Assembly (NCBI RefSeq): GCF_046052825.1
Contig: NZ_JAVLFP010000060.1
Span: forward strand, 87,355 to 151,354
Source of the DNA: Limnohabitans sp.
GTDB taxonomy: Bacteria > Pseudomonadota > Gammaproteobacteria > Burkholderiales > Burkholderiaceae_C
Direction of reading: 5' to 3'
DNA length: 64,000 nucleotides
Shown here: positions 47,853 through 56,083 of the stretch, in pieces
Position numbering within the stretch: position 1 is the stretch's first letter
How the letters are laid out: the number at the start of each line of letters is the position of its first letter
Made by a program: the position numbers and the translations under genes
The notes under the pieces: generated by a model
What the model saw: only the letters and a program-made list of their open reading frames with translations
What the model was told of the DNA's origin: nothing
The model's database searches: none

Positions 47853-48833
47853 ATGACACGTCGTCACTTTTTACACACCGCACTGGCCACCGCTGCTGGT
47901 TTGAGCGCCTTGCCTGTGTGGGCGCAAAGCGCTGCATGGCCCGACAAACCCATCAAGGTGGTGCTGTCGCAGCCGCCTGGCTCGGGCCCCGACAACGTGG
48001 CCCGTTTGTTGGGCGAGCGCGTCGGCAAGACCTTGGGCCAGCCGTGGGTGATCGACAACAAACCTGGGGGCCAAAACATCATCGGTGCGCAAGCCGCTGC
48101 GCGTTCGCCCGCCGACGGCTACACCTTGTACTTCGCCACCACGGCCGCCTTGGTCACGAACAAGCACCTGTTCAAAACCATGCCCTACGACCCGCAAAAA
48201 GACTTTGTGCCGGTGGCCTTCGTGGCCAAGAGCCCGTTTGCGGTGTTGGTGAAAGCCGAGTCACCCATCGCCTCGATCCAAGACCTGATCGCACGTGCCA
48301 AGGCCACACCCGGCAAGCTGTCGCTGGCCAACGAAGGCCCTCGCACCTTTGGCGGGATCATCGCGCGCTTGATCAATTCACGGACCAAGATGGAGGCCAA
48401 TTTGGTCTCTTACGCCTCGGTGGGGGTGGCGGTGCAAGACGTGTTGGGTGGACATGCCGAAGCCGTGGTGGCCGACTTGGCCTCAACCGCCGCTTTGGTG
48501 CGCCAAGGCCGCCTGCGTTTGTTGGCCGTCACAGCGGGCAAACGCGTGGCAGGTTGGGAGCAGGTGCCTGCGTTGTCAGAGTTGCTGCCCAACTTTGAAA
48601 TGGTGGGTTGGTTCGCCTTGATGGCGCCCACGGGCACCCCTGCTGCAGCGATTCAAAAACTCAACGTCGAAGTCAACAAGTTGCTGGCCGAGCCCGAGTT
48701 TGCGCAACGCATGCTCACCATGGGGCCGATTGCAGACCCCTTGGGCGGGCCCGAGAAGACCGAAGCCTTCTTGAACCGCGAGCACGAGCGCTGGGCCGAA
48801 GTGGCCAAAGAAATTGGCCTCTTGCCGGAGTAA
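47853..48833 (+). CDS. Bug/TctC-family periplasmic binding protein (Tat-type signal)
   Basis: N-terminus MTRRHFLHTALATAAGLSALPVWA matches the (S/T)RRxFL pattern, followed by WPDKPIKVVLSQPPGSGPDNVARLL. Confidence 0.85.
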   Translation: MTRRHFLHTALATAAGLSALPVWAQSAAWPDKPIKVVLSQPPGSGPDNVARLLGERVGKTLGQPWVIDNKPGGQNIIGAQAAARSPADGYTLYFATTAALVTNKHLFKTMPYDPQKDFVPVAFVAKSPFAVLVKAESPIASIQDLIARAKATPGKLSLANEGPRTFGGIIARLINSRTKMEANLVSYASVGVAVQDVLGGHAEAVVADLASTAALVRQGRLRLLAVTAGKRVAGWEQVPALSELLPNFEMVGWFALMAPTGTPAAAIQKLNVEVNKLLAEPEFAQRMLTMGPIADPLGGPEKTEAFLNREHERWAEVAKEIGLLPE

Positions 48834-48937
48834 TCCCGAGTCATCCCGGGTCACTCCACACACCCAAGCGGGTTTACTTTTTCTTGGCCATGCCTTCGGC
48901 CGAGACACAGCCCCAATGTAATTCAGACCGAAGGTGT

Positions 48938-49933
48938 TCACTCGGCCTGCACCCCGGCCAGCCGAATGGCCTTGCGGGTTTGCTCAATGTCGCGTGCCAA
49001 AAACTCACGAAACGCCTCGCCCGTGCTGCTGTGGGGCACCGCACCGTGCACGGCAAAACCCTCGCGAATTTCTTTGGTTTGCAAGGCCAGGGTCAATTGA
49101 CGGCGTAGCCCGTCGAGCACCTCTGGCGGCAATCCTTTGGGGCCCATCCAACCAATCCAACTGGTGAACTCAAAGCCAGGCAAGGTCTCGGCCAGCGAGG
49201 GCACAGGCCCCAAGGGTTGCGTGCCTTTGGGCATGCTGTGACCCAAAATTTTCAAACGCCCACCCTTGACCAAGGCCATGGCCACCGGGGCGGGCGTGAG
49301 GGTCCAGTCGGTCTCGCCACTGACCACCGACCCCACCGATTGGCTGCCCCCCTTGTAAGGCACATGCAGGGCTTCAAACCCACCGGCTGCGCTCAAGGCC
49401 ACACCCGCCAAATGGCTCACCGAGCCCGGTCCGGCAGAGGCCATGTTGAACTTGCCGCCTTGGGCTTTGCCGTAGGCCACAAACTCCGACAACTTGTTCA
49501 CTGGCAAGGTGGTGCGACACACCAGCACATTGGGCAACAAGGCCACCAGGGAAATCAATTCAAAGTCTTTGAGGGGGTCGTAGCTGATGGCCTTTTGCAG
49601 CAAAGGGGCCACCGTCACCGAACTGCTCGACGCCGCGATGACGGTGTAGCCATCGGGCGGGGCCAATTTGCCAGCGTCGATGCCCACAGCGCCCGCCGCA
49701 CCGGCTTTGTTGTCGACCACCAGGGCCTGTCCAAGAAGCGGCGTGAGCTGTTGGCCCAGCAAGCGGCTGATGGTGTCGACCGAACTGCCCGGCGCATTGG
49801 GCACGATCAAGCGCACCGGGCGTGCCGGGTAGCGTGGGCTTTGCGCCCCCACAGGGCTGCTTGCCGTCAAACCGGCGCCATACAGCAAGGCGCCAGAGAT
49901 CAGTTGTCGGCGCGATGCACGAAAAGTGGACAT
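48938..49933 (-). CDS. Bug/TctC-family periplasmic binding protein
   Basis: N-terminus MSTFRASRRQLISGALLYGAGL..., then YPARPVRLIVPNAPGSSVDTISRLL. Confidence 0.85.
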   Translation of the reverse strand: MSTFRASRRQLISGALLYGAGLTASSPVGAQSPRYPARPVRLIVPNAPGSSVDTISRLLGQQLTPLLGQALVVDNKAGAAGAVGIDAGKLAPPDGYTVIAASSSSVTVAPLLQKAISYDPLKDFELISLVALLPNVLVCRTTLPVNKLSEFVAYGKAQGGKFNMASAGPGSVSHLAGVALSAAGGFEALHVPYKGGSQSVGSVVSGETDWTLTPAPVAMALVKGGRLKILGHSMPKGTQPLGPVPSLAETLPGFEFTSWIGWMGPKGLPPEVLDGLRRQLTLALQTKEIREGFAVHGAVPHSSTGEAFREFLARDIEQTRKAIRLAGVQAE

Positions 49934-49975
49934 GGATTTTCCTGTGGAAGTTGCAAAGGTGAGGGCGCACAGGCC

Positions 49976-50854
49976 TCAGCGTTGCATCAGATCGATCAAG
50001 GCTTGGGCCATCACGCCATCAGGTTGAGAAAAGGTTTCGAGCATTTCAAAATGGTTGAATGCTTCACCCCAGTAAAACCTCAAATTGGCTTTGTGATCCG
50101 ACAAACCTTGCGCAAATTCTCTGGCTTGGCGCTTGAACTCGGGCGACTCAAACTCACCACACGCCACAGACACAGGCATGGTGAAGTTGTGCAAGCGCCG
50201 CATGGGGCTGAGGTCTTGCAAGGTCTTGGGCGTGAAATTCACATAGGTGCTGCGCGACGACAGGCTCACGGGCTCCAGCTCGTACATGCCGCTGCAACAC
50301 ACCAAGGCATGCACAGGCGATTCGGTGAAACCCTTTTGCAGCCAGTTGTAAGAAGCCAAGCAGGCCGCCAAGTGCGCCCCTGAGGAATGTCCCACCAAAT
50401 AAATGCGTCGCGGGTTGGCCCCCAACTCGGCAGCTTTGCGTGCGGTGAAAGCCAAGGCGTTTTGCAGTTGCTCGGCCATGGTCAGCAAGCTGCCGCCGAC
50501 ATCAGGGGCAGCGGCAAAGTCGGGCACCACCAAGTGCGCACCCGCCAAGTTCAACCAGCCTGCGGCCATGGCGTAGTCTTTGGCCTTGCCACGGCGCCAG
50601 GCACCCCCATGCACGAAAAAAACCAAGGGTGCTCGGGCACGTTGGCTGGGATACCAATCGAGTGCCTCGACGTCGCTGGGGCCATAGGCGAAACGCTGAA
50701 CCTCGGTGCCGATCTTTTCTGCAATGGCGCGTCCTTCGACGCTGAGGGCCTCGCAGCGTGCGATCACCATGGCCATGTTGGGTGCGTGTTGAGCTTGGTC
50801 GTAGGCCCAATCCAGTTGTGCTTGCGTGAGGTCTCGCCAGACGTTGGAGTTCAT
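49976..50854 (-). CDS. alpha/beta hydrolase (arylformamidase/esterase-like, HGG class)
   Basis: 292 aa with oxyanion motif FVHGGAW and nucleophile elbow GHSSGAH. Confidence 0.75.
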   Translation of the reverse strand: MNSNVWRDLTQAQLDWAYDQAQHAPNMAMVIARCEALSVEGRAIAEKIGTEVQRFAYGPSDVEALDWYPSQRARAPLVFFVHGGAWRRGKAKDYAMAAGWLNLAGAHLVVPDFAAAPDVGGSLLTMAEQLQNALAFTARKAAELGANPRRIYLVGHSSGAHLAACLASYNWLQKGFTESPVHALVCCSGMYELEPVSLSSRSTYVNFTPKTLQDLSPMRRLHNFTMPVSVACGEFESPEFKRQAREFAQGLSDHKANLRFYWGEAFNHFEMLETFSQPDGVMAQALIDLMQR

Positions 50855-51816
50855 TCGATCACAGTGCCTGAAGTTTTGATGGTGGTTCTGCGTGAAGCGC
50901 TTTCGTTGCGGATGTGGCGACGAAATTCGTCCGGCCCGGCACCCGCAAAGTCATACGACTTGCCCTCGATTTCTTTGCTGCGGAAGTCGGCTTCACTGAT
51001 CACGGACAAGATGTCGCGGTGCATGCGGTTGACCAGGGCTGGTGCAAAGCTGGCCGGCGCAAACACGCCCACCCAGACATTGGCATCCACCTCGGGAAAA
51101 CCCAGCTCGGTCATGGTGGGAACATCGGGGTAGGCCGGGGCACGTGTTTTACCGCCGTAGGCCAAGGCCTTGATGCGTTTGCTGGCGATGTGCGGCCTGG
51201 CCGACACAATGCCCGACCAGGTCAAGGGCACCTCGCCACTGACCACCGCCGTGATCGCTTGCGGTATGCCACGGTAAGGGATGTGCACGATGAAGACGCC
51301 CGCTTTTTGCTTGAGCATCTCGGTGGCCAATTGCGGTTGACTGCCGGGCCCATAAGACGCATAAGACAAAGATCCGGGTTGTGCTTTGGCCAGGGCCAGC
51401 AATTCTTTGAGGTTGTTGGCGGGCAAGTTGGCGTTGGCCACCAGCATTTGGCTGAAGGCGACCAATTGCGTCACCGGCGCAAAGTCTTTGTCGGCGTCGT
51501 AGGGCAGCTTGGTGTAGAGATGCGGGTTGATGGTGAAGGTGGCGTCGGTGGTGAACAACAAGGTGTGGTTGTCTGTGGCGCGTGCCGCTGCTTCGGTGCC
51601 CAACAAGGTGTTGGCGCCCGGGCGGTTGTCAATGGTGATGGGTTGTTGCCATTTGTCTTGCAAGCGCTGCGCCAAAGCGCGCGCCATCACATCCACGCCG
51701 CCCCCTGCGGGGTAAGGCACGATCAACTTGACCGGGCGCGTGGGCCACTCTTGCGCCACCGCAGAGCCTGCGGCCAGACACAAGGCCGTGATCCCAATGA
51801 CAATCCAATGTTTCAT
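50851..51816 (-). CDS. Bug/TctC-family periplasmic binding protein
   Basis: Start set at ATG 51816 (MKHWIVIGITALCLAAGSAVA), then WPTRPVKLIVPYPAGGGVDVMARAL. 4-nt overlap with the downstream hydrolase gene. Confidence 0.85.
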   Translation of the reverse strand: MKHWIVIGITALCLAAGSAVAQEWPTRPVKLIVPYPAGGGVDVMARALAQRLQDKWQQPITIDNRPGANTLLGTEAAARATDNHTLLFTTDATFTINPHLYTKLPYDADKDFAPVTQLVAFSQMLVANANLPANNLKELLALAKAQPGSLSYASYGPGSQPQLATEMLKQKAGVFIVHIPYRGIPQAITAVVSGEVPLTWSGIVSARPHIASKRIKALAYGGKTRAPAYPDVPTMTELGFPEVDANVWVGVFAPASFAPALVNRMHRDILSVISEADFRSKEIEGKSYDFAGAGPDEFRRHIRNESASRRTTIKTSGTVIE

Positions 51817-51890
51817 TGTTTGAGTCCAAAAACCTGGGGTTAGGATGCAGCGGTCGGCTTCACCTTTGCCCACTGAAAATTGCGTCGATC

Positions 51891-52754
51891 ATGACACACA
51901 CTTTGACCATTTCTCCTCTGCCGGACTTACGGTTTGCACGTATCCCACTGCACGCGCAAGACCGCTACCTGGGCGACCGTTTCAGCTACATCGAAGCAGG
52001 TCCTGTGGATGCGCCCTGTGTCCTGTTTTTACATGGCATCGGCAGCAATGCGACTTACTTTCGGTTTCAATTTTTGACACTGAGCCAACACTTTCGTGTC
52101 GTCGCTTGGAACGCGCCGGGCTATTGGATGAGCGACAACCTTGCCACCGAGCACCCCAGCGACGCCGACTATGCGCAAGCCCTGACCGACTTCACGCAAG
52201 CCTTAGGCATCGAGGATTTTGTGTTGTGTGGCAACTCTTTCGGCTCGGTGGTCGCGCAAGCCTTTGCCATTCGCCAGCCGCACCGCGTGCGCCGATTGAT
52301 CATGACGGGCACTGGCGTCGGGCAAAAACAACTGAGTCAAGAGCGGCGCGAAAAATTTGAAGCCCGCGCCCAACGCATCCGCTTGGGCAGTTACCAATAC
52401 GGCGACGCAGGCATGGACAACTTGGTGGGGCCCCATGCGTCGCCGCAATTGCGCGCTCTGCTGGTGGAAGTCTCGCGTGGCACGCAAGCAGCAGGCTTGT
52501 TGCGGGCCGTCTCGTTCAGGCTGAGCGACTTCTACACCCCCGACTTGGCCAGCGCTCTGACCATGCCGGTGCTGATGGTGCAAGGCAGCGAAGACCACAT
52601 GAACCCCCGACAAGAAAATGCCGACCTGCTCCTGCCCCAATTGCCCAACGGGAGTTTGGTCGAGCTGGCCGGCATCGGGCACTTGCCTGAGGTGGAAGAC
52701 CCGGGCGCGTTCAATCAGTTGCTGCTCAACTTTGTGGGTTCACTTCACCAGTAA
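51891..52754 (+). CDS. alpha/beta hydrolase (meta-cleavage-product hydrolase-like)
   Basis: Start set at ATG 51891. Carries LFLHGIGSN and nucleophile elbow GNSFGS, with C-terminal GHLPEVEDP. Confidence 0.7.
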   Translation: MTHTLTISPLPDLRFARIPLHAQDRYLGDRFSYIEAGPVDAPCVLFLHGIGSNATYFRFQFLTLSQHFRVVAWNAPGYWMSDNLATEHPSDADYAQALTDFTQALGIEDFVLCGNSFGSVVAQAFAIRQPHRVRRLIMTGTGVGQKQLSQERREKFEARAQRIRLGSYQYGDAGMDNLVGPHASPQLRALLVEVSRGTQAAGLLRAVSFRLSDFYTPDLASALTMPVLMVQGSEDHMNPRQENADLLLPQLPNGSLVELAGIGHLPEVEDPGAFNQLLLNFVGSLHQ

Positions 52755-52818
52755 GACAGGCACCTTGGCAATGGCCAGCACTTTGTGGGCCACCGAGCGG
52801 ATGTCTTGATCTGCGGGC

Positions 52819-53511
52819 TTAGTTTTTCAGCCGTTCGTTTTGCGGAAACAAGAAACGCCGGGCTTCGTCGTCCAACTCCGCCTTGAAGGTGTTGCGCGTC
52901 TTGAGTGCCTCGGCGCGTTGCGCCGCTGGACGGGCATTGATCTCGTCGAGCAGGCGCTTGACGTGCGGGTAGGTGGCCCACGCATCGTCTTGACCCAGCA
53001 CATACGGCACCATGCGTGCCCAGCCCCAAAACGCCATGTCGACGATGGAGTAGTGCTCGCCCGCCATGTAGTGGTGGGTGCTGAGGTGCTCGTTGACGAC
53101 GGACCAGTGGCGGTGCGCCTCAAAGTCGTAGCGGTTCAAGGCGTAGGCTTTGGGTTCAGGGGCCGCATGGCGAAAGTGCACCGACTGGCCTGAGAAAGGG
53201 CCTATGCCTGTGGCGATGAACATCAACCACGACAGCATTTGGCCGCGCTCGGCGCTGTCGACCTGCAGGGGCACAAACTTTTGCGCGCGGTCGGCCAAGA
53301 ACAACAAAATTGCATTGCTGTCGAACACGGTGACGTCACCGTCCACGATGGCGGGAACCTTGCTGTTGGGGTTGACTTGCTTGAAGGCGGGGTCAAACTG
53401 TTGCCCCTTGCGCGTGTCCACGGGGATGGGCTCATAGGGCAAGCCCAGCTCCTCGAGCAGCAGCGCAATCTTCATCGGGTTGGGCGCGGCGTTGTAATAG
53501 AACTTCAGCAT
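52819..53511 (-). CDS. glutathione S-transferase, Nu class (YfcG/YghU-like)
   Basis: Start set at ATG 53511 (MLKFYYNAAPNPMKIALLLEELGLPY). Colinear with E. coli YfcG as I recall it (NPNSKVPAIVD, SNAILLFLA, YSIVDMAFWGW). Confidence 0.85.
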   Translation of the reverse strand: MLKFYYNAAPNPMKIALLLEELGLPYEPIPVDTRKGQQFDPAFKQVNPNSKVPAIVDGDVTVFDSNAILLFLADRAQKFVPLQVDSAERGQMLSWLMFIATGIGPFSGQSVHFRHAAPEPKAYALNRYDFEAHRHWSVVNEHLSTHHYMAGEHYSIVDMAFWGWARMVPYVLGQDDAWATYPHVKRLLDEINARPAAQRAEALKTRNTFKAELDDEARRFLFPQNERLKN

Positions 53512-53524
53512 GGTGTGTCTCCTC

Positions 53525-53534
53525 GGGGGGGGGG
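53525..53534. repeat. G10/C10 homopolymer tract in a divergent promoter region
   Basis: Ten consecutive G on the plus strand. On the minus strand the C10 tract directly abuts the GAGGAGA Shine-Dalgarno sequence of the GST gene. Confidence 0.9.
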
Positions 53535-53611
53535 TGTAGGGGTGTGTCATTCTATGGACAGACCCACCCCGCATTTGATGCTGTAATCCAGCCATCAATC
53601 ACCCTGGAGAC

Positions 53612-54787
53612 ATGATGAAAAAAAGACACCTGATCGCTTTGACCGCCGCCAGCCTGATGGGCTTGTTCCTGAGCACTGCACAGGCCCAAGATGACAGCTT
53701 CAAAGTGGGACTGTTGCTGCCCATGACCGGTCCTTTTGCCTCCACAGGCAAACAAATGGAAGCCGGTGCCCGTTTGTATTTGCAACAAAACGGCAGCACC
53801 GTGGCAGGCAAAAAAATTGAACTGATCCTCAAAGACGACACCAGCACGCCCGATGTGACCAAGCGTTTGGCGCAAGAGATGGTGGTCAACCAAAAGGTCA
53901 ACGTCTTGGCGGGTTTCGGCTTGACCCCGCTCGCGTTTGCCACGGCACCGGTGGCCACCCAGTCCAAAACACCGATGGTGGTCATGGCTGCGGCCACCTC
54001 CAGCATCACCCAGGCTTCGCCCTACATCGTGCGCTCCAGCTTCACGGTGCCGCAAGTGGTGACGGCCTTGGCCGATTGGGCCTACAAGAACAACATCAAA
54101 AAAGTGGTCAGCTTGGTCACCGACTACGGCCCTGGCGTGGACTCTGAAAAGTTTTTCAAAGACACCTTCATTGCCAACGGTGGCGTGGTGGTTGAAACCC
54201 TGCGCGTGCCCTTGCGCAACCCCGACTTCGCGCCGTTCTTGCAAAAAGTGCGTGACGCCAAACCCGATGCCTTGTTTGCCTTTGTGCCCGCAGGCGTGGG
54301 CACCGCCTTGATGAAGCAATTCACCGAGCGCGGCTTGGACAAAGCCGGCATCAAGGTGATTGCCGAAGGCAGCGTGACCGACGACGACATCTTGAACGAC
54401 ATGGGCGAAGTCGCGCTGGGCTTGGTCACCGCGCACCACTACTCGGCAGCGCACAACTCGCCCCAAAACAAAAAGTTTGTCGAGGCCTTTGCCAAAGCCA
54501 ACAACGGCATGCGCCCCAACTTCATGGCCGTGGGTGCCTACGACGGCATGCGCGTGATCGTGGAAGCCCTCAAGGCCACCCAAGGCAAGGGCGATGGCGA
54601 CGCGTTGCTGGCCGCGATGAAAGGCCAGATTTTTGAAAGCCCCCGTGGCTCGATGTACATCGACGCGCAAACCCGCGACGTGGTGCACAACATCTACATC
54701 CGCAAAGTCGAGCGCAAAAACGGCCAGCTCTACAACACCGAGATCGAAACCATCAAAGACGTGAAAGACCCTGGCAAGACACGTTGA
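53612..54787 (+). CDS. LivJ-type (ABC cluster, type I PBP fold) periplasmic substrate-binding protein
   Basis: 391 aa with a signal peptide, then FKVGLLLPMTGPFASTGKQMEAGARLY, typical of Leu/Ile/Val-binding-protein-family SBPs. Confidence 0.8.
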   Translation: MMKKRHLIALTAASLMGLFLSTAQAQDDSFKVGLLLPMTGPFASTGKQMEAGARLYLQQNGSTVAGKKIELILKDDTSTPDVTKRLAQEMVVNQKVNVLAGFGLTPLAFATAPVATQSKTPMVVMAAATSSITQASPYIVRSSFTVPQVVTALADWAYKNNIKKVVSLVTDYGPGVDSEKFFKDTFIANGGVVVETLRVPLRNPDFAPFLQKVRDAKPDALFAFVPAGVGTALMKQFTERGLDKAGIKVIAEGSVTDDDILNDMGEVALGLVTAHHYSAAHNSPQNKKFVEAFAKANNGMRPNFMAVGAYDGMRVIVEALKATQGKGDGDALLAAMKGQIFESPRGSMYIDAQTRDVVHNIYIRKVERKNGQLYNTEIETIKDVKDPGKTR

Positions 54788-54803
54788 TCCCACGCGTCTC
54801 ACC

Positions 54804-56054
54804 ATGCCCCGCACACCGGCCTCGGCCGATCTGATCGACTCGCGCTACGCCGCTTGGCGCTTGCTCACCACGCTGCTGTTGGTCACCCTGGGCAACAGCA
54901 GCATGTATGTGGTGGCTGTGGTGTTGCCCACGGTGCAAGCCGAGTTCGGCGTCAACCGCGCCGATGCTTCCTTGCCCTATACCTTGATGATGGTGTGTCT
55001 GGGTTTGGGCGGGCTGTGGACCGGCAAGTTGGCCGACCGCTTTGGCATCACCCCGGTGTTGCAAATGGGCTCGGTGGCGGTGTGCGCAGGCTTTGTGTTG
55101 GCCGGCCTGTCGGGCAGCATTTGGACTTTTGGTTTGGCCCATGGCTTGTTGTTGGGCTTGTTGGGTGGGGCGTCCACCTTTGCCCCCCTCATGGCCGACA
55201 CCTCGTTGTGGTGGAACAAACGGCGCGGCATGGCGGTGGCCATTTGCGCCAGCGGCAACTATGTGGCGGGCACTTTTTGGCCCCCTGTGGCGCAGTGGGG
55301 CATCGAAGCCCTGGGCTGGCGCCACACCTACATCGGCATGGGTATTTTTTGTGGTGTGGGCATGGCGTTGTTGTCCTTGCGCATGCGCCAGCGTCCGCCA
55401 CTGGTGGCGCTCACCCCGAGCAGCGCCACTCCCAGTCGTGCGAGCTTGCACACCAGTGAGCGGCCGTTTGGTCTGAGCCAAGGGCAAGCCCAGCTCTTGT
55501 TGTGTGTGTCAGGTTTTGCCTGCTGCGTGGCCATGTCCATGCCCCAGGTGCACATCGTGGCCTATTGCTCCGACTTGGGCTTTGGTGCCGCACGTGGGGC
55601 TGAGATGTTGTCGCTCATGTTGGCCTGTGGCATCGTCAGCCGCTTGGTCTCGGGCTGGATTTGCGACCACATTGGCGGCATTCGCACCCTCTTGCTGGGC
55701 TCTGCTTTGCAAGGTGTGGCCTTGCTGTTGTTTTTGCCTTTTGATGGCTTGGTGCCGCTGTACCTTATCTCGGCCATGTTTGGCTTGTTTCAGGGCGGCA
55801 TCGTGCCGTCTTACGCCATCATCGTGCGCGAACACTTCCCGCCCCAGCAAGCGGGCGCCCGCGTGGGCGCTGTGATCATGGCGACCTTGGTGGGCATGGC
55901 GGCCGGTGGGTGGATGTCGGGCAAGGTGTTTGACCTCACCGGCTCCTACCAAGCCGCCTTCCTCAACGGCATCGGTTGGAATTTGTTGACCGTCTCGATC
56001 GCTTCGTGGCTGTATTGGCGGGTGGCCCGTGCCACACCGCAACCCAGCCCTTAG
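54804..56054 (+). CDS. MFS transporter (oxalate/formate antiporter-like subfamily)
   Basis: 416 aa with about 12 TM segments and motif GKLADRFGITP. It starts 16 nt after the SBP stop. Confidence 0.8.
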   Translation: MPRTPASADLIDSRYAAWRLLTTLLLVTLGNSSMYVVAVVLPTVQAEFGVNRADASLPYTLMMVCLGLGGLWTGKLADRFGITPVLQMGSVAVCAGFVLAGLSGSIWTFGLAHGLLLGLLGGASTFAPLMADTSLWWNKRRGMAVAICASGNYVAGTFWPPVAQWGIEALGWRHTYIGMGIFCGVGMALLSLRMRQRPPLVALTPSSATPSRASLHTSERPFGLSQGQAQLLLCVSGFACCVAMSMPQVHIVAYCSDLGFGAARGAEMLSLMLACGIVSRLVSGWICDHIGGIRTLLLGSALQGVALLLFLPFDGLVPLYLISAMFGLFQGGIVPSYAIIVREHFPPQQAGARVGAVIMATLVGMAAGGWMSGKVFDLTGSYQAAFLNGIGWNLLTVSIASWLYWRVARATPQPSP

Positions 56055-56083
56055 ACCTCGACGCATTCAGAAAGGCTTCAGGT

